The translations under genes and the position numbers were made by a program. 48,708 nt of DNA from Anaerolineae bacterium clx_CAG2. GTDB taxonomy: Bacteria > Chloroflexota > Anaerolineae > JAAEKA01. Below are positions 35,419 to 44,550 of this stretch, one piece after another (the first letter of the stretch is position 1; the number at the start of each line of letters is the position of its first letter). The stretch lies in assembly GCA_014155705.1 (NCBI GenBank), contig JAAEKA010000038.1:1-48708 (forward strand). The letters are read 5' to 3'. Under the pieces are notes generated by a model, which worked only from the letters and a program-made list of their open reading frames with translations, ran no database searches and was not told the DNA's origin.

Positions 35419-35892
35419 ATGGAAGTATTGCTGAAACAAGACGTTAAGGGCGTCGGTCAAGCCGGCGACATCAAGAAGGTTGCCAGTGGCTACGCTCGCA
35501 ATTTCCTGATCCCGCAGGGGCTGGCTATGCCTGCCAACAAGGGCGCCACCAAGCAGGCGGAGCAAATCAAGTCCGCAGCCGAGCGCAAGCACGAGCGGGA
35601 GCTTGCCACGGCCACATCGTTGGCTGCACGCATCAACGCACTGAGCCTCACCTTCCACGCCCGGGCGGCTGACACTGGCCGGCTCTTCGGCTCGATTACG
35701 GCATCCGATATCTCTGAGGCCCTCGAGCAGAAGCTGGGTGTGGAGATCAGCAAGCGCCAGATCGATCTGGATCACCCCCTGCGCGATCTGGGCAGCCACC
35801 AGGTGCCTGTGCATCTGTTGAGCGATGTCATTCCCCAGGTCACCGTGCTTATCGAGCGCGAGGGCGAGGCGGAACCGTCGGCTGTCGTCTAA
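35419..35892 (+). CDS. rplI: 50S ribosomal protein L9
   Basis: [36 protein letters not shown] is canonical L9. AGGAG SD present. Confidence 0.95.
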   Translation: MEVLLKQDVKGVGQAGDIKKVASGYARNFLIPQGLAMPANKGATKQAEQIKSAAERKHERELATATSLAARINALSLTFHARAADTGRLFGSITASDISEALEQKLGVEISKRQIDLDHPLRDLGSHQVPVHLLSDVIPQVTVLIEREGEAEPSAVV

Positions 35893-35919
35893 TAGTCGCC
35901 GGCATTGCATGATCAATGA

Positions 35920-35945
35920 CCCCGCTTGTTCTGGGCGGGGTTTTT
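35920..35945 (+). terminator. intrinsic terminator after rplI
   Basis: CCCCGC-9 nt loop-GCGGGG followed by TTTTT. Confidence 0.7.
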
Positions 35946-35971
35946 GATTCTATGCTTGCCCTGCGTGGCAC

Positions 35972-36160
35972 GGTCAGGAGACCGGCCACAGCATGAAGGA
36001 GTGAAGAGACCGGCCACAGCATGAAGGAGTGAGGAGACCGGCCACAGCAAGAGGAGTGAGGAGACCGGCCACAGCAAGAGGAATGAGGAGACCGGCCACA
36101 GCAAGAGGAATGAGGAGACCGGCCACAGCAAGAGGCGTGTGGAGACCGGCCACAGCGGAT
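35972..36160. repeat. tandem array of about 7 units of 27-28 nt (GAGACCGGCCACAGCAAGAGGAGTGAG), with the first unit carrying the full CGGTCAGGAGACCGGCC hairpin
   Basis: Units start at 35978, 36006, 36034, 36061, 36088, 36115 and 36142. The array ends 8 nt from the stop of the DUF2723 gene. Confidence 0.85.
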
Positions 36161-36168
36161 AGGATGGA

Positions 36169-38079
36169 TCAGGGCAATGACACGTCCAGCACTGCCAAAT
36201 TCTCGAAACCGCCCTCCGGCAGGCTGCGGTAGACGACTACCTGTATGCCGTCAGGGGCTGGACCGGGCGGCAAGTTGAAGAAGTAATCGTCTGCCACGAC
36301 CTCGCCAGGTTGCCAACGGCTGGTCGGGTAGACGCCATGCACGGGATGCGCCAGGTCTTGCTGGACGATGCCGCCGGCCGGCAGCGCCAGCGGCTGGCCG
36401 CCCAGCGTGGGCCGCAGCGACACGCTCCAGTCGTAGGCGATCATGCTATCGGCGCGCCAGTAGAGGCGCACCGGCCAGGGCTGGCCAGACTCCGGCTGCG
36501 GCGCATCGATTCCTAACAGCGACAGACCATCGCCGGCCGCCAGGTTAAGCGGCGTGGCATCGTGCGGGAGCGTCGCAGCCGGTTGGCCGGACACCCGGAT
36601 CAGGGTCTGGCCAGCCGAAGAAAGATGGGCCGCAGGGTCGATCTCCAGCCAGACCAGCGGGGTAGCGCTGTTGGTGACGTACAGGGAGCGATCACCGCTG
36701 GCCAGCAAGGAGCGCGCTTCCTGACTGCTGACGGCCGCCACATCGGGGCGCTGTCCCCAGATGTCGGTCAGATAGCGCAGGCTGAGCGCTTCGTCCAGCA
36801 CACCGAACACCGCAGCGTCCGGCTCAGGGGCGTCGGCCAGGATGGCCTGGCCAGGCAGCAGCGCGCTGTCGTCCAGACGGTTGCGGAGGTTAGTTTCTGG
36901 CCAGCTACGCTCGAAGCGCACCGCAATCAGCGCGAGCAGCCCGACCACCAGCAGAGACAGCAGCGCCATGCGCTGAACGGCCGGTCGGTTCAAATCCACC
37001 GTTCGCTGCCATAACGCCTGCACGGCCACCGCAAAGCTGGCAATGAGCAGTGGATAGGCGGGCATGATGACCTGATACCAATTGCCCTGGCGGTCAACGA
37101 AGGCCAGCAGCGCGTAGAGCAGCAGCGTAGATCCCAGGAAGATGCCGCGACGCCGGCCGAGCAGCCCCAGCCCCACCAGCCCGCCCACCAGCACGATCCA
37201 GGTCAGCTCCTGCCAGACCATGCGGGGAAAGTTGTCAGTCCACAGCGGCTGCAACGACCAGGTCAGCTCGCCGCGGCCTTGTGACGTGCTGACGAAGTCC
37301 AGGAACCAGGCTGTCGCGTCGGACCATTGACCTGCGCCGCGCCATTGTGGATTCTGTGCGCCGCGCACGTAGATGAATGCGTAGCTGAACAGCGGCAGTA
37401 GGGCCAGCCCCAGGCTGGCAGCTACCAGCCTGCCGCGGCGCAGCAGACCCGGCCGCCGGCTGAGGATGAACCAGAGCAGCGGCGGCGCGATCACGGCCAC
37501 CGTCACCATGTGAGCCAGCGACAGCCCTGCCAGCAGCGCCATCGCCAGCAACATGCCGTCGCCTGCAGGCTTGATATCGTCTGCCTGGTCGGCGCGCTCT
37601 TGGGCTGAGTCCCAGCGCAGGGCCAACACGACGATGGCCAGAGTTTGGGCGACGGCCGACGTGTACTGTTCGCTGCTGACGGCGTAGTACCAGAAGAAGT
37701 AGGTGACCGCATAGAACGCGCCCAGCAGGAACGCGATGATCCAATTGCCGGTGAGGTGGAGGATCAGGTAATAGAGCAGCCACAGCGCCAGCAGCGCCCA
37801 CAGCGTGGAATAGGCCGAGAGGAGGGCTGTGGGGTGAGCAGCATCGCTCAGCAGGCTGCGCAGGCCGTGAAACCACAGCCAGCCGCCCATGGTGTAGAGG
37901 GGATAGCCGGGCGCGTTGCCAGGGCGTCCCTGCACCTGCGCGTACTGGTGGGTGATCAGGTCGCCGCCGGCCAGCTCGCCGGGCCGCAGGCCGTTGTCGA
38001 GGGTGGCCAGATAGAGGAGCGATGCAGCCAGGACCAGCGCGAGGCCGGCCCAGTGCGCCAAGCGTCGATTGGACATCAT
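36169..38079 (-). CDS. DUF2723/TMEM260-like GT-C membrane glycosyltransferase with C-terminal LLG..LYW beta-sandwich domain
   Basis: GGDLITHQYAQVQGRPGNAPGYPLYTMGGWLWF resembles the DxxE...HPPGYPL N-terminal signature. Polytopic. The C-terminus has LSLLGID...VRLYWRAD...TSRWQPGEVV. Confidence 0.7.
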   Translation of the reverse strand: MMSNRRLAHWAGLALVLAASLLYLATLDNGLRPGELAGGDLITHQYAQVQGRPGNAPGYPLYTMGGWLWFHGLRSLLSDAAHPTALLSAYSTLWALLALWLLYYLILHLTGNWIIAFLLGAFYAVTYFFWYYAVSSEQYTSAVAQTLAIVVLALRWDSAQERADQADDIKPAGDGMLLAMALLAGLSLAHMVTVAVIAPPLLWFILSRRPGLLRRGRLVAASLGLALLPLFSYAFIYVRGAQNPQWRGAGQWSDATAWFLDFVSTSQGRGELTWSLQPLWTDNFPRMVWQELTWIVLVGGLVGLGLLGRRRGIFLGSTLLLYALLAFVDRQGNWYQVIMPAYPLLIASFAVAVQALWQRTVDLNRPAVQRMALLSLLVVGLLALIAVRFERSWPETNLRNRLDDSALLPGQAILADAPEPDAAVFGVLDEALSLRYLTDIWGQRPDVAAVSSQEARSLLASGDRSLYVTNSATPLVWLEIDPAAHLSSAGQTLIRVSGQPAATLPHDATPLNLAAGDGLSLLGIDAPQPESGQPWPVRLYWRADSMIAYDWSVSLRPTLGGQPLALPAGGIVQQDLAHPVHGVYPTSRWQPGEVVADDYFFNLPPGPAPDGIQVVVYRSLPEGGFENLAVLDVSLP

Positions 38080-38128
38080 TCGGCCACTGCGGTAGCCGGT
38101 CGTCTGACCGAGCCACCGGATGATCTTG

Positions 38129-38300
38129 GGCGGGCACGGTCAGGAGACCGGCCCGAGCGGGAGTACGTCTCAGGCGGGCACGGCCAGGAGACCGGCCCGA
38201 GCGGGAGTACGTCTCAGGCGGGCACGGCCAGGAGACCGGCCCGAGCGGGAGTACTCTCAGGCGGGCACGGCCAGGAGACCGGCCCGAGGGGGAGTGGTGT
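38129..38300. repeat. four tandem 43-44-nt units GGCGGGCACGGYCAGGAGACCGGCCCGAGCGGGAGTACGTCTCA
   Basis: Units at 38129-38172, 38173-38216, 38217-38259 and 38260-38300 (the last is degenerate). Confidence 0.85.
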
Positions 38301-38351
38301 GAGACTTATAGCTGAGGCTGGGACGATTGTCAAAACGGCGCGGCTGTACGT

Positions 38352-38380
38352 TTGCCGCGCTGCCCGTCGGCGGGTATAAT
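38352..38380 (+). promoter_or_regulatory. sigma70-like promoter TTGCCG-17-TATAAT
   Basis: Read directly, about 50 nt upstream of ATG 38432. Confidence 0.5.
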
Positions 38381-38431
38381 CCAGCCTTGGATTGTATGCT
38401 GATGTGACGAACAGATGAGGTTTACCTGCTT

Positions 38432-39214
38432 ATGGCAACCAACGGACATAACGGCGCCGGCCGGATAGCGAAGATCGGTATCCCCTGCGCGCGCGATAAA
38501 TCGCAGCGCTACTATGGCTTGCCGATTTTCATTCAAAATACCACTTACCTGCGCGCGATCACCGATGTCGGGGCCGCGCCGATCATCATCCCGTTGCAAC
38601 TCGACGAGGCGACTCTGCGGGTGATCTATGAGACCGTGGATGGCGTTTTTCTGCCCGGCGGTGAAGACATGGACCCGGCGCAGTACGGCGAGGACCACCA
38701 TGAGATGTTAGGGGCGACCGACCCGGAGCGGGACCGCACAGAGATGTTGCTGGGCCGTTGGGCGCTGGAGGACAATAAGCCGGTGATGGCTATCTGTCGC
38801 GGCTGCCAGGTGCTGAATGTAATCAACGGCGGTTCGCTTTACCAGGACATCCGTGCGCTGCGCGATGGTTCGGAGAAGCACGACTACTTCCCGCCCCAGT
38901 TCGAGCGGGTGCGTATCAGCCATGAGGTGCATTTCGAGCCGGAAAGCCGGCTGGCGCGCATCTACGGCCCGACCACTATGGTCAACAGCATGCACCATCA
39001 GGCGCTCAAGTCGCTGGGCGCGGGCTGCCAGCCTATCGCCTGGGCGCCTGACGGCGTGGTGGAGGCCATTGAGGTGACCGGCCATCCCTTTGCGCTGGGC
39101 GTGCAGTGGCATCCAGAGGAACTGGCCACCCATCTGCATGACTCGCCCAGCCGTCGCTTGTTCGCCGACTTCGTCGAGCAGTGCCGTCAATACGGGGCCG
39201 AGCAGCACGCGTGA
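38432..39214 (+). CDS. class I glutamine amidotransferase / peptidase C26 (gamma-glutamyl-GABA hydrolase PuuD-like)
   Basis: AICRGCQVLNVINGG (nucleophile Cys) and ALGVQWHPEEL (His/Glu). Confidence 0.85.
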   Translation: MATNGHNGAGRIAKIGIPCARDKSQRYYGLPIFIQNTTYLRAITDVGAAPIIIPLQLDEATLRVIYETVDGVFLPGGEDMDPAQYGEDHHEMLGATDPERDRTEMLLGRWALEDNKPVMAICRGCQVLNVINGGSLYQDIRALRDGSEKHDYFPPQFERVRISHEVHFEPESRLARIYGPTTMVNSMHHQALKSLGAGCQPIAWAPDGVVEAIEVTGHPFALGVQWHPEELATHLHDSPSRRLFADFVEQCRQYGAEQHA

Positions 39215-39387
39215 TGGCAGCGTTGTCGCGCGATCAGGTCGGTTATTTGCCAGGGACGGCTCTTTTCCCAAGTGGATTTGGGATATTTCCTTGGGATAAC
39301 TGGCCCGCCGATTTGGAATAACTGTTGAAAAATCCCAAGTTTTCCCAAGATTTATTTGCGATAACCGCCTCACGGTTGGGAAAAGCC

Positions 39388-40395
39388 GTGCGTTGTCTGG
39401 CCGTTGGGCTGGTCGTGCTGCTCTTCATGGGCACGCAGCCTCATGCAGTCCGTGCTCAGGAGGACCCCTGCGGCCCTGGCAATCTGATCTGGAACTGCCG
39501 CTTCGATAGCTTTACCGGCTCGCCTCCGCAGCAAGTGCCATCTGGGTGGTCGCCCTTTGTCGTTTCTGGTTCCTTGACTTTTATGCAGGACAGCGACACT
39601 TATTTCGGCCCGCCATCGCTGCGTATGTGGTCCAGCGGCGGCACCTTCACCGCCGGCATCCTGACCCAGGTGGGAGACGTGCAGCCTGGTGCGACCTATG
39701 TTGCGTCATGGGGATGGGGTGGTCCGAATGACCCGGATACTTTTGGCCGCAAGCTCGGCATCGATCCCACCGGCGGCGTCGACCCCTCATCGCCCAACGT
39801 GATCTGGGGGCCGCTGCATTATGGACCCGGCCGGATTCTGAACCGGCCAGGCCCCTATACACCGACCAATCCCAACCTCGATGTGGCCGCAGTGGCCCAA
39901 GCGCCTACCATTACTGTCTTCGTGTGGGTCGAGCACCCGCGCTCCACAGGTGATAATCTGATCTTTGTCGATCAAGTAGGCTTGCGGCTGGATCCCAATG
40001 CTGCGCCGCCTGCGCCGACCGCTGCGCCGCCGACTGCCACCTCCGCGCCGACCGCCACAGCGCTGCGCGCCACGGCTGCGCCAACCGCCACACCTACAGC
40101 CACCGCTACCGACCTGCCGACGGCCACGCCGTCGCCCACGCCTACCGACACGCCGACTCCGACGGCCACGCCTACCCACACCGCTTCGCCCACCGCGACG
40201 CCCAGCCCGACGCTGACGCCGACTGCCTCCCCAACTCTGGCGGCGCGGCCAACCGCCACGCCGCAGCCAATCTATGTGGAACTCAGCCGGGCCAGCCAGC
40301 GCCAACCAGCGCTGCTGCTTTATAGCGGCTTTGGCTCGCTGACGCTGGCGGTACTGGCGGGTCTGTTGATCTGGCGGCTGCTGCGCGGACGGTGA
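39388..40395 (+). CDS. secreted CBM4/9-like beta-sandwich protein with Pro/Thr/Ala-rich linker and C-terminal TM anchor (track start TTG 39325; GTG 39388 preferred)
   Basis: From GTG 39388 the N-terminus MRCLAVGLVVLLFMGTQPHAVRA-QE is a clean signal peptide. Roughly 90-aa PT-rich tract. C-terminal LLLYSGFGSLTLAVLAGLLIWRLLRGR. Confidence 0.6.
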   Translation: MRCLAVGLVVLLFMGTQPHAVRAQEDPCGPGNLIWNCRFDSFTGSPPQQVPSGWSPFVVSGSLTFMQDSDTYFGPPSLRMWSSGGTFTAGILTQVGDVQPGATYVASWGWGGPNDPDTFGRKLGIDPTGGVDPSSPNVIWGPLHYGPGRILNRPGPYTPTNPNLDVAAVAQAPTITVFVWVEHPRSTGDNLIFVDQVGLRLDPNAAPPAPTAAPPTATSAPTATALRATAAPTATPTATATDLPTATPSPTPTDTPTPTATPTHTASPTATPSPTLTPTASPTLAARPTATPQPIYVELSRASQRQPALLLYSGFGSLTLAVLAGLLIWRLLRGR

Positions 40396-40433
40396 TGACG
40401 GCGGGTAGTTCGATCAGGACGGCTGCGCCAGGC

Positions 40434-41462
40434 CTATTCGTCTTGCGGGGACTCGATCTGCGTTGGTTCGTCCAGGTCGCTGATGACGTCATCGTCATCG
40501 TGCTGTGCAACAGCAGGTTCACCGGGCACGGACGGCGCAGCGCGCGGCTTGTAGCGTTTGGCATCGACGATGCGCCACTGCTCTCCGTCTGGCAGTACGA
40601 CCTTGCGGCCGAAAATCAGATAGCCCGTGTGAGCCACCATGCGGTCGGCCGGCCGCAAGCGGTCAGCGTTGGGTTTGTAGGGGCGCAGCAATAACTCCTC
40701 TACTTCCAGATCGGCGAAGTCGTGGGCTTCCAGCGCCCGCAGCAATTCGCTGACCTGGTTCGTAGTGGGCAATAGTGCGCCGAAGAAGCCGCCTCCTTTG
40801 AGCGCCTCGCGCGCTTGAGCCAGACAGCGCCACGGCTCGCGCATGTCCAGGAAGACTGCATCTACATTGCGCTCGTCGAAGCCCTCTGCTGCATCCCGTA
40901 CTTTCAGATCGACATAATCAAGCAAACGGAAGCGCGCCAGGTTCTTGCCAGCAAGCTCACTCATGGCCGCTCGTTCCTCATAGCTGACGACGCGGCCGTG
41001 GGGCATGATCGCGCGGGCCAGAGCCAGGGTCAGGCCGCCGCTGCCAGTGCCGGCCTCGACCACACGCCGGCCGGGGTAGAGGTTGAGGCGCTGGACAATA
41101 TGGGCGGCGTCTTTGGGGAAGATGATCTGGGTGGTGCGCTTGAGGTAGCGGATGAGGTCATGGGTTGAGGGCTCCAGCACCAGGTAGGCGTGGCCCAGCC
41201 GGGTAACCATCATGCGGCCCAGCGGCTGGCCGATCAGTTCGTCGTGGCGGATAAAGCCACGATTGCTGTGCCATTGCTGGCCGCGCTGCAGCTTGATCAG
41301 CGTGCGCTTCTGGTCCTCGGCCACCAGCATCACCGTGTCGCCCTCCTGCGCTACCGGCTCAGCCTCGTTGCTTGCAGCCAGGAGCATGGGCGGCTCGGCC
41401 GCTGGGGGGGCGTCCATCGAATTCAGTTCAAGATCGGAGTGGGTGAGGTTCTGTTCAGTCAT
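40434..41462 (-). CDS. trmI: tRNA (adenine58-N1)-methyltransferase TrmI/GCD14 family, with acidic C-terminal extension
   Basis: VVEAGTGSGGLTLALARA SAM motif and the GCD14 N-domain. ATG 41462 (MTEQNL) is preferred over the track start 41537. Confidence 0.8.
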   Translation of the reverse strand: MTEQNLTHSDLELNSMDAPPAAEPPMLLAASNEAEPVAQEGDTVMLVAEDQKRTLIKLQRGQQWHSNRGFIRHDELIGQPLGRMMVTRLGHAYLVLEPSTHDLIRYLKRTTQIIFPKDAAHIVQRLNLYPGRRVVEAGTGSGGLTLALARAIMPHGRVVSYEERAAMSELAGKNLARFRLLDYVDLKVRDAAEGFDERNVDAVFLDMREPWRCLAQAREALKGGGFFGALLPTTNQVSELLRALEAHDFADLEVEELLLRPYKPNADRLRPADRMVAHTGYLIFGRKVVLPDGEQWRIVDAKRYKPRAAPSVPGEPAVAQHDDDDVISDLDEPTQIESPQDE

Positions 41463-41520
41463 GGGGCGGATTATACACCAACCCGTCGCTGGCGCTGCAA
41501 ACGTGAGGGGGGCGATGGAT

Positions 41521-41549
41521 TTGACAGCAACGAACATCCGTGCTAAAAT
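41521..41549 (+). promoter_or_regulatory. consensus-like promoter TTGACA-17-TAAAAT for recA with a GAAC-N4-GTGC element in the spacer
   Basis: Read directly. GAACATCCGTGC lies at 41532-41543. Confidence 0.6.
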
Positions 41550-41639
41550 CTGCTACATTCGTCGGGCCTCAAGTCGCGACGACCTATCAGCCGTACGCCC
41601 GAGGAGACGGGCACGGAACGCTTGGAAGGAGACACAGAA

Positions 41640-42791
<1,152 letters not shown>

Positions 42792-42803
42792 TCTGTCGCA
42801 AAC

Positions 42804-42846
42804 AAACATCGTCGCCACGCAGCCCGCTGCGTGGCGACGATGTTTT
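42804..42846 (+). terminator. intrinsic terminator after recA (19-bp stem, CCCG loop, T-rich tail)
   Basis: AAACATCGTCGCCACGCAG-CCCG-CTGCGTGGCGACGATGTTT. Confidence 0.7.
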
Positions 42847-42873
42847 GACAGCACTGGGGCCGAGTGCTACAAT
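42845..42873 (+). promoter_or_regulatory. promoter TTGACA-17-TACAAT (GTGC extended -10), with -10 ending 7 nt before ATG 42881: leaderless transcript predicted
   Basis: Read directly. The -35 overlaps the tail of the recA terminator. Confidence 0.5.
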
Positions 42874-42880
42874 TGCCGGC

Positions 42881-44272
42881 ATGTTCAAGTCGCCCTGTGG
42901 CGCCCGCGGCTGGCTGAGGGGCGCTTTGAATCCTGCCCTCCCCTGGCTTATTCTCAGTCTGGCGCTGCTGGTTTTGGCTGGTTGCGCGTCCATGTCCCTG
43001 CCGTCGCCTGATCGGGACGCGTTGGCGGCCCTGCCGACCAATACACCGACCCGGCCGACGCCTCCGCTGGCGGTCACAATTGGGCCCCGGCCCAGTGCGA
43101 CACCCACGGCGACTCCTTCCGCAACGCCGACCGCTACGGCAACCAGCACGCCTTCACCCACCCCAACGGCAACTCCTACCGCGACCCCGACGGCCACGCC
43201 CGGGCCGATTGCGCGCGCCCTGGGCTTCAACGACAGCCTGATCGCACGTTTTGACAGCGATGGCTATACCATCGCCGAACGGCAAGGCGCCGGCCGCGCG
43301 GGAGATCGCGTGCAGGCCGTTATCCTCGCTCCACCGCAGCAGGATGATGTCGTCCTGGGGGTAAAACTGCCGCGCCTGCTCATCTATCACCTGCGCAGTG
43401 GCCATCCCCCGGAGCTGCTCTTCGAGGACGAGGGCAGCGACGAAACCATTCAGTTTGCTGGCTACGGCCTGTCCTGGGAAACGCCGCTGGGGTGGAGGGA
43501 CATCACGGCCGATGGCCTGCTGGAGTTGCCTGTCTGGGCGGCTAACGGCGGCTTCTGCTTCGCCTGCAATCGAGTCTATGTCTTGCAGTTGGCGCGGGTC
43601 GAGGATCCAGCGAGCCCAGAAGAAGATTCTAGCTGGTACGTGGGCGAGTTGACAGGCGCCGTGCCCTTCCTCAATCTGTTGCAGAATCCGATAATTCCTA
43701 AGTGGCTGTCGGACTTTGACGGCGATGGCAAGGCCGAGATAGAAGCATTGGACGGCAGTTTCGAATTCGCTTTCGGGCTGTACCGTGAGTACTCACCCCG
43801 CTTCTATCGGCCTTTGGTCTGGGATGGCCAGAGCTTTGCAGACACATCCCGCTGGAGTCCCGCCTATTTCGACGGCCAGATCCAACGCGCTGCGGAGTCT
43901 GTGCAGGCAACTTATGGCCAGCCACTGGCCAGCCAGGATTCCATTGGCAAAGCGCTAACGGTGTTGTTGGCTTATGATGCCAGCGGCCGGCGTGACGAAG
44001 GCTGGGCGGCGTTCTTGCAGCTCAGCGACCCCAATAACTGGCCTGGCGAGGCGACGCCTGGCCTGCTCGACCTGCTCGGCCGCATCCGTGAGCATCTGCA
44101 AGGCCAGCTCGAACGCGGTGAACCCTTTGCACCCTGGCCACCTACTGCGCCCGCCTTGCCTGCTCCCAGCGATGCAGGTAGCCCCCTTGAGGCATCCAAT
44201 CAGATCACGCAATCACTTCCCCTCCCTGAACTCCCTGAACTCCCCGAACCGTCGCCCGTACCCTTGCCGTAG
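42881..44272 (+). CDS. lipoprotein with Pro/Thr-rich linker and FG-GAP/VCBS-like beta-propeller-type region, function unknown
   Basis: Lipobox LVLAGC, ATPTATPSATPTATATSTPSPTPTATPTATPTATPG linker, DITADGLLELPVW and SDFDGDGKAEIE motifs. The track start is TTG 42845. Confidence 0.6.
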   Translation: MFKSPCGARGWLRGALNPALPWLILSLALLVLAGCASMSLPSPDRDALAALPTNTPTRPTPPLAVTIGPRPSATPTATPSATPTATATSTPSPTPTATPTATPTATPGPIARALGFNDSLIARFDSDGYTIAERQGAGRAGDRVQAVILAPPQQDDVVLGVKLPRLLIYHLRSGHPPELLFEDEGSDETIQFAGYGLSWETPLGWRDITADGLLELPVWAANGGFCFACNRVYVLQLARVEDPASPEEDSSWYVGELTGAVPFLNLLQNPIIPKWLSDFDGDGKAEIEALDGSFEFAFGLYREYSPRFYRPLVWDGQSFADTSRWSPAYFDGQIQRAAESVQATYGQPLASQDSIGKALTVLLAYDASGRRDEGWAAFLQLSDPNNWPGEATPGLLDLLGRIREHLQGQLERGEPFAPWPPTAPALPAPSDAGSPLEASNQITQSLPLPELPELPEPSPVPLP

Positions 44273-44464
44273 GTCACAGCGGCTAGTTGTGGCCCAGTCG
44301 GCGTCAGATCGTAGTTGACTTCCGCCAATTTTCGCGCTATTTTTGTACACATGCCCTTCATTTTGCCGGCTATCAATGCTTCTCCATTGCTGCCATCCCT
44401 CGCCCGGCCCAGTTACCGCACGTATTTGCTGTATTTCTTGGTGTGGGGTAGTACTTATTTCTCA

Positions 44465-44494
44465 TTGACCCCCCCTATTCATCTCATCTATACT
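44465..44494 (+). promoter_or_regulatory. promoter TTGACC-18-TATACT in an AT-rich spacer
   Basis: Read directly. Confidence 0.4.
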
Positions 44495-44550
44495 GGAGGC
44501 AACAACGGCAGCTTTTTTTGGAGTAAAGTTTATCGCCTGTGAGGACAACA

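Noticed and set aside
35913-36232. ORFs encoding repeat peptides inside the tandem arrays: MRRPATARG x5 on the + strand, LWPVSSFLL x4 on the - strand, and 38120-38302.
   Set aside because: The 27-nt unit keeps any frame open by construction. The units start and stop with the DNA array, sit between convergent gene ends, and have no SD. The related arrays use 36- and 44-nt periods that do not preserve a frame.
38129-38300. CRISPR array interpretation of the GGAGACCGGCC repeat loci.
   Set aside because: The units are contiguous tandem copies with no unique spacers. The arrays are short, no cas genes are present, and the repeat length varies between loci.
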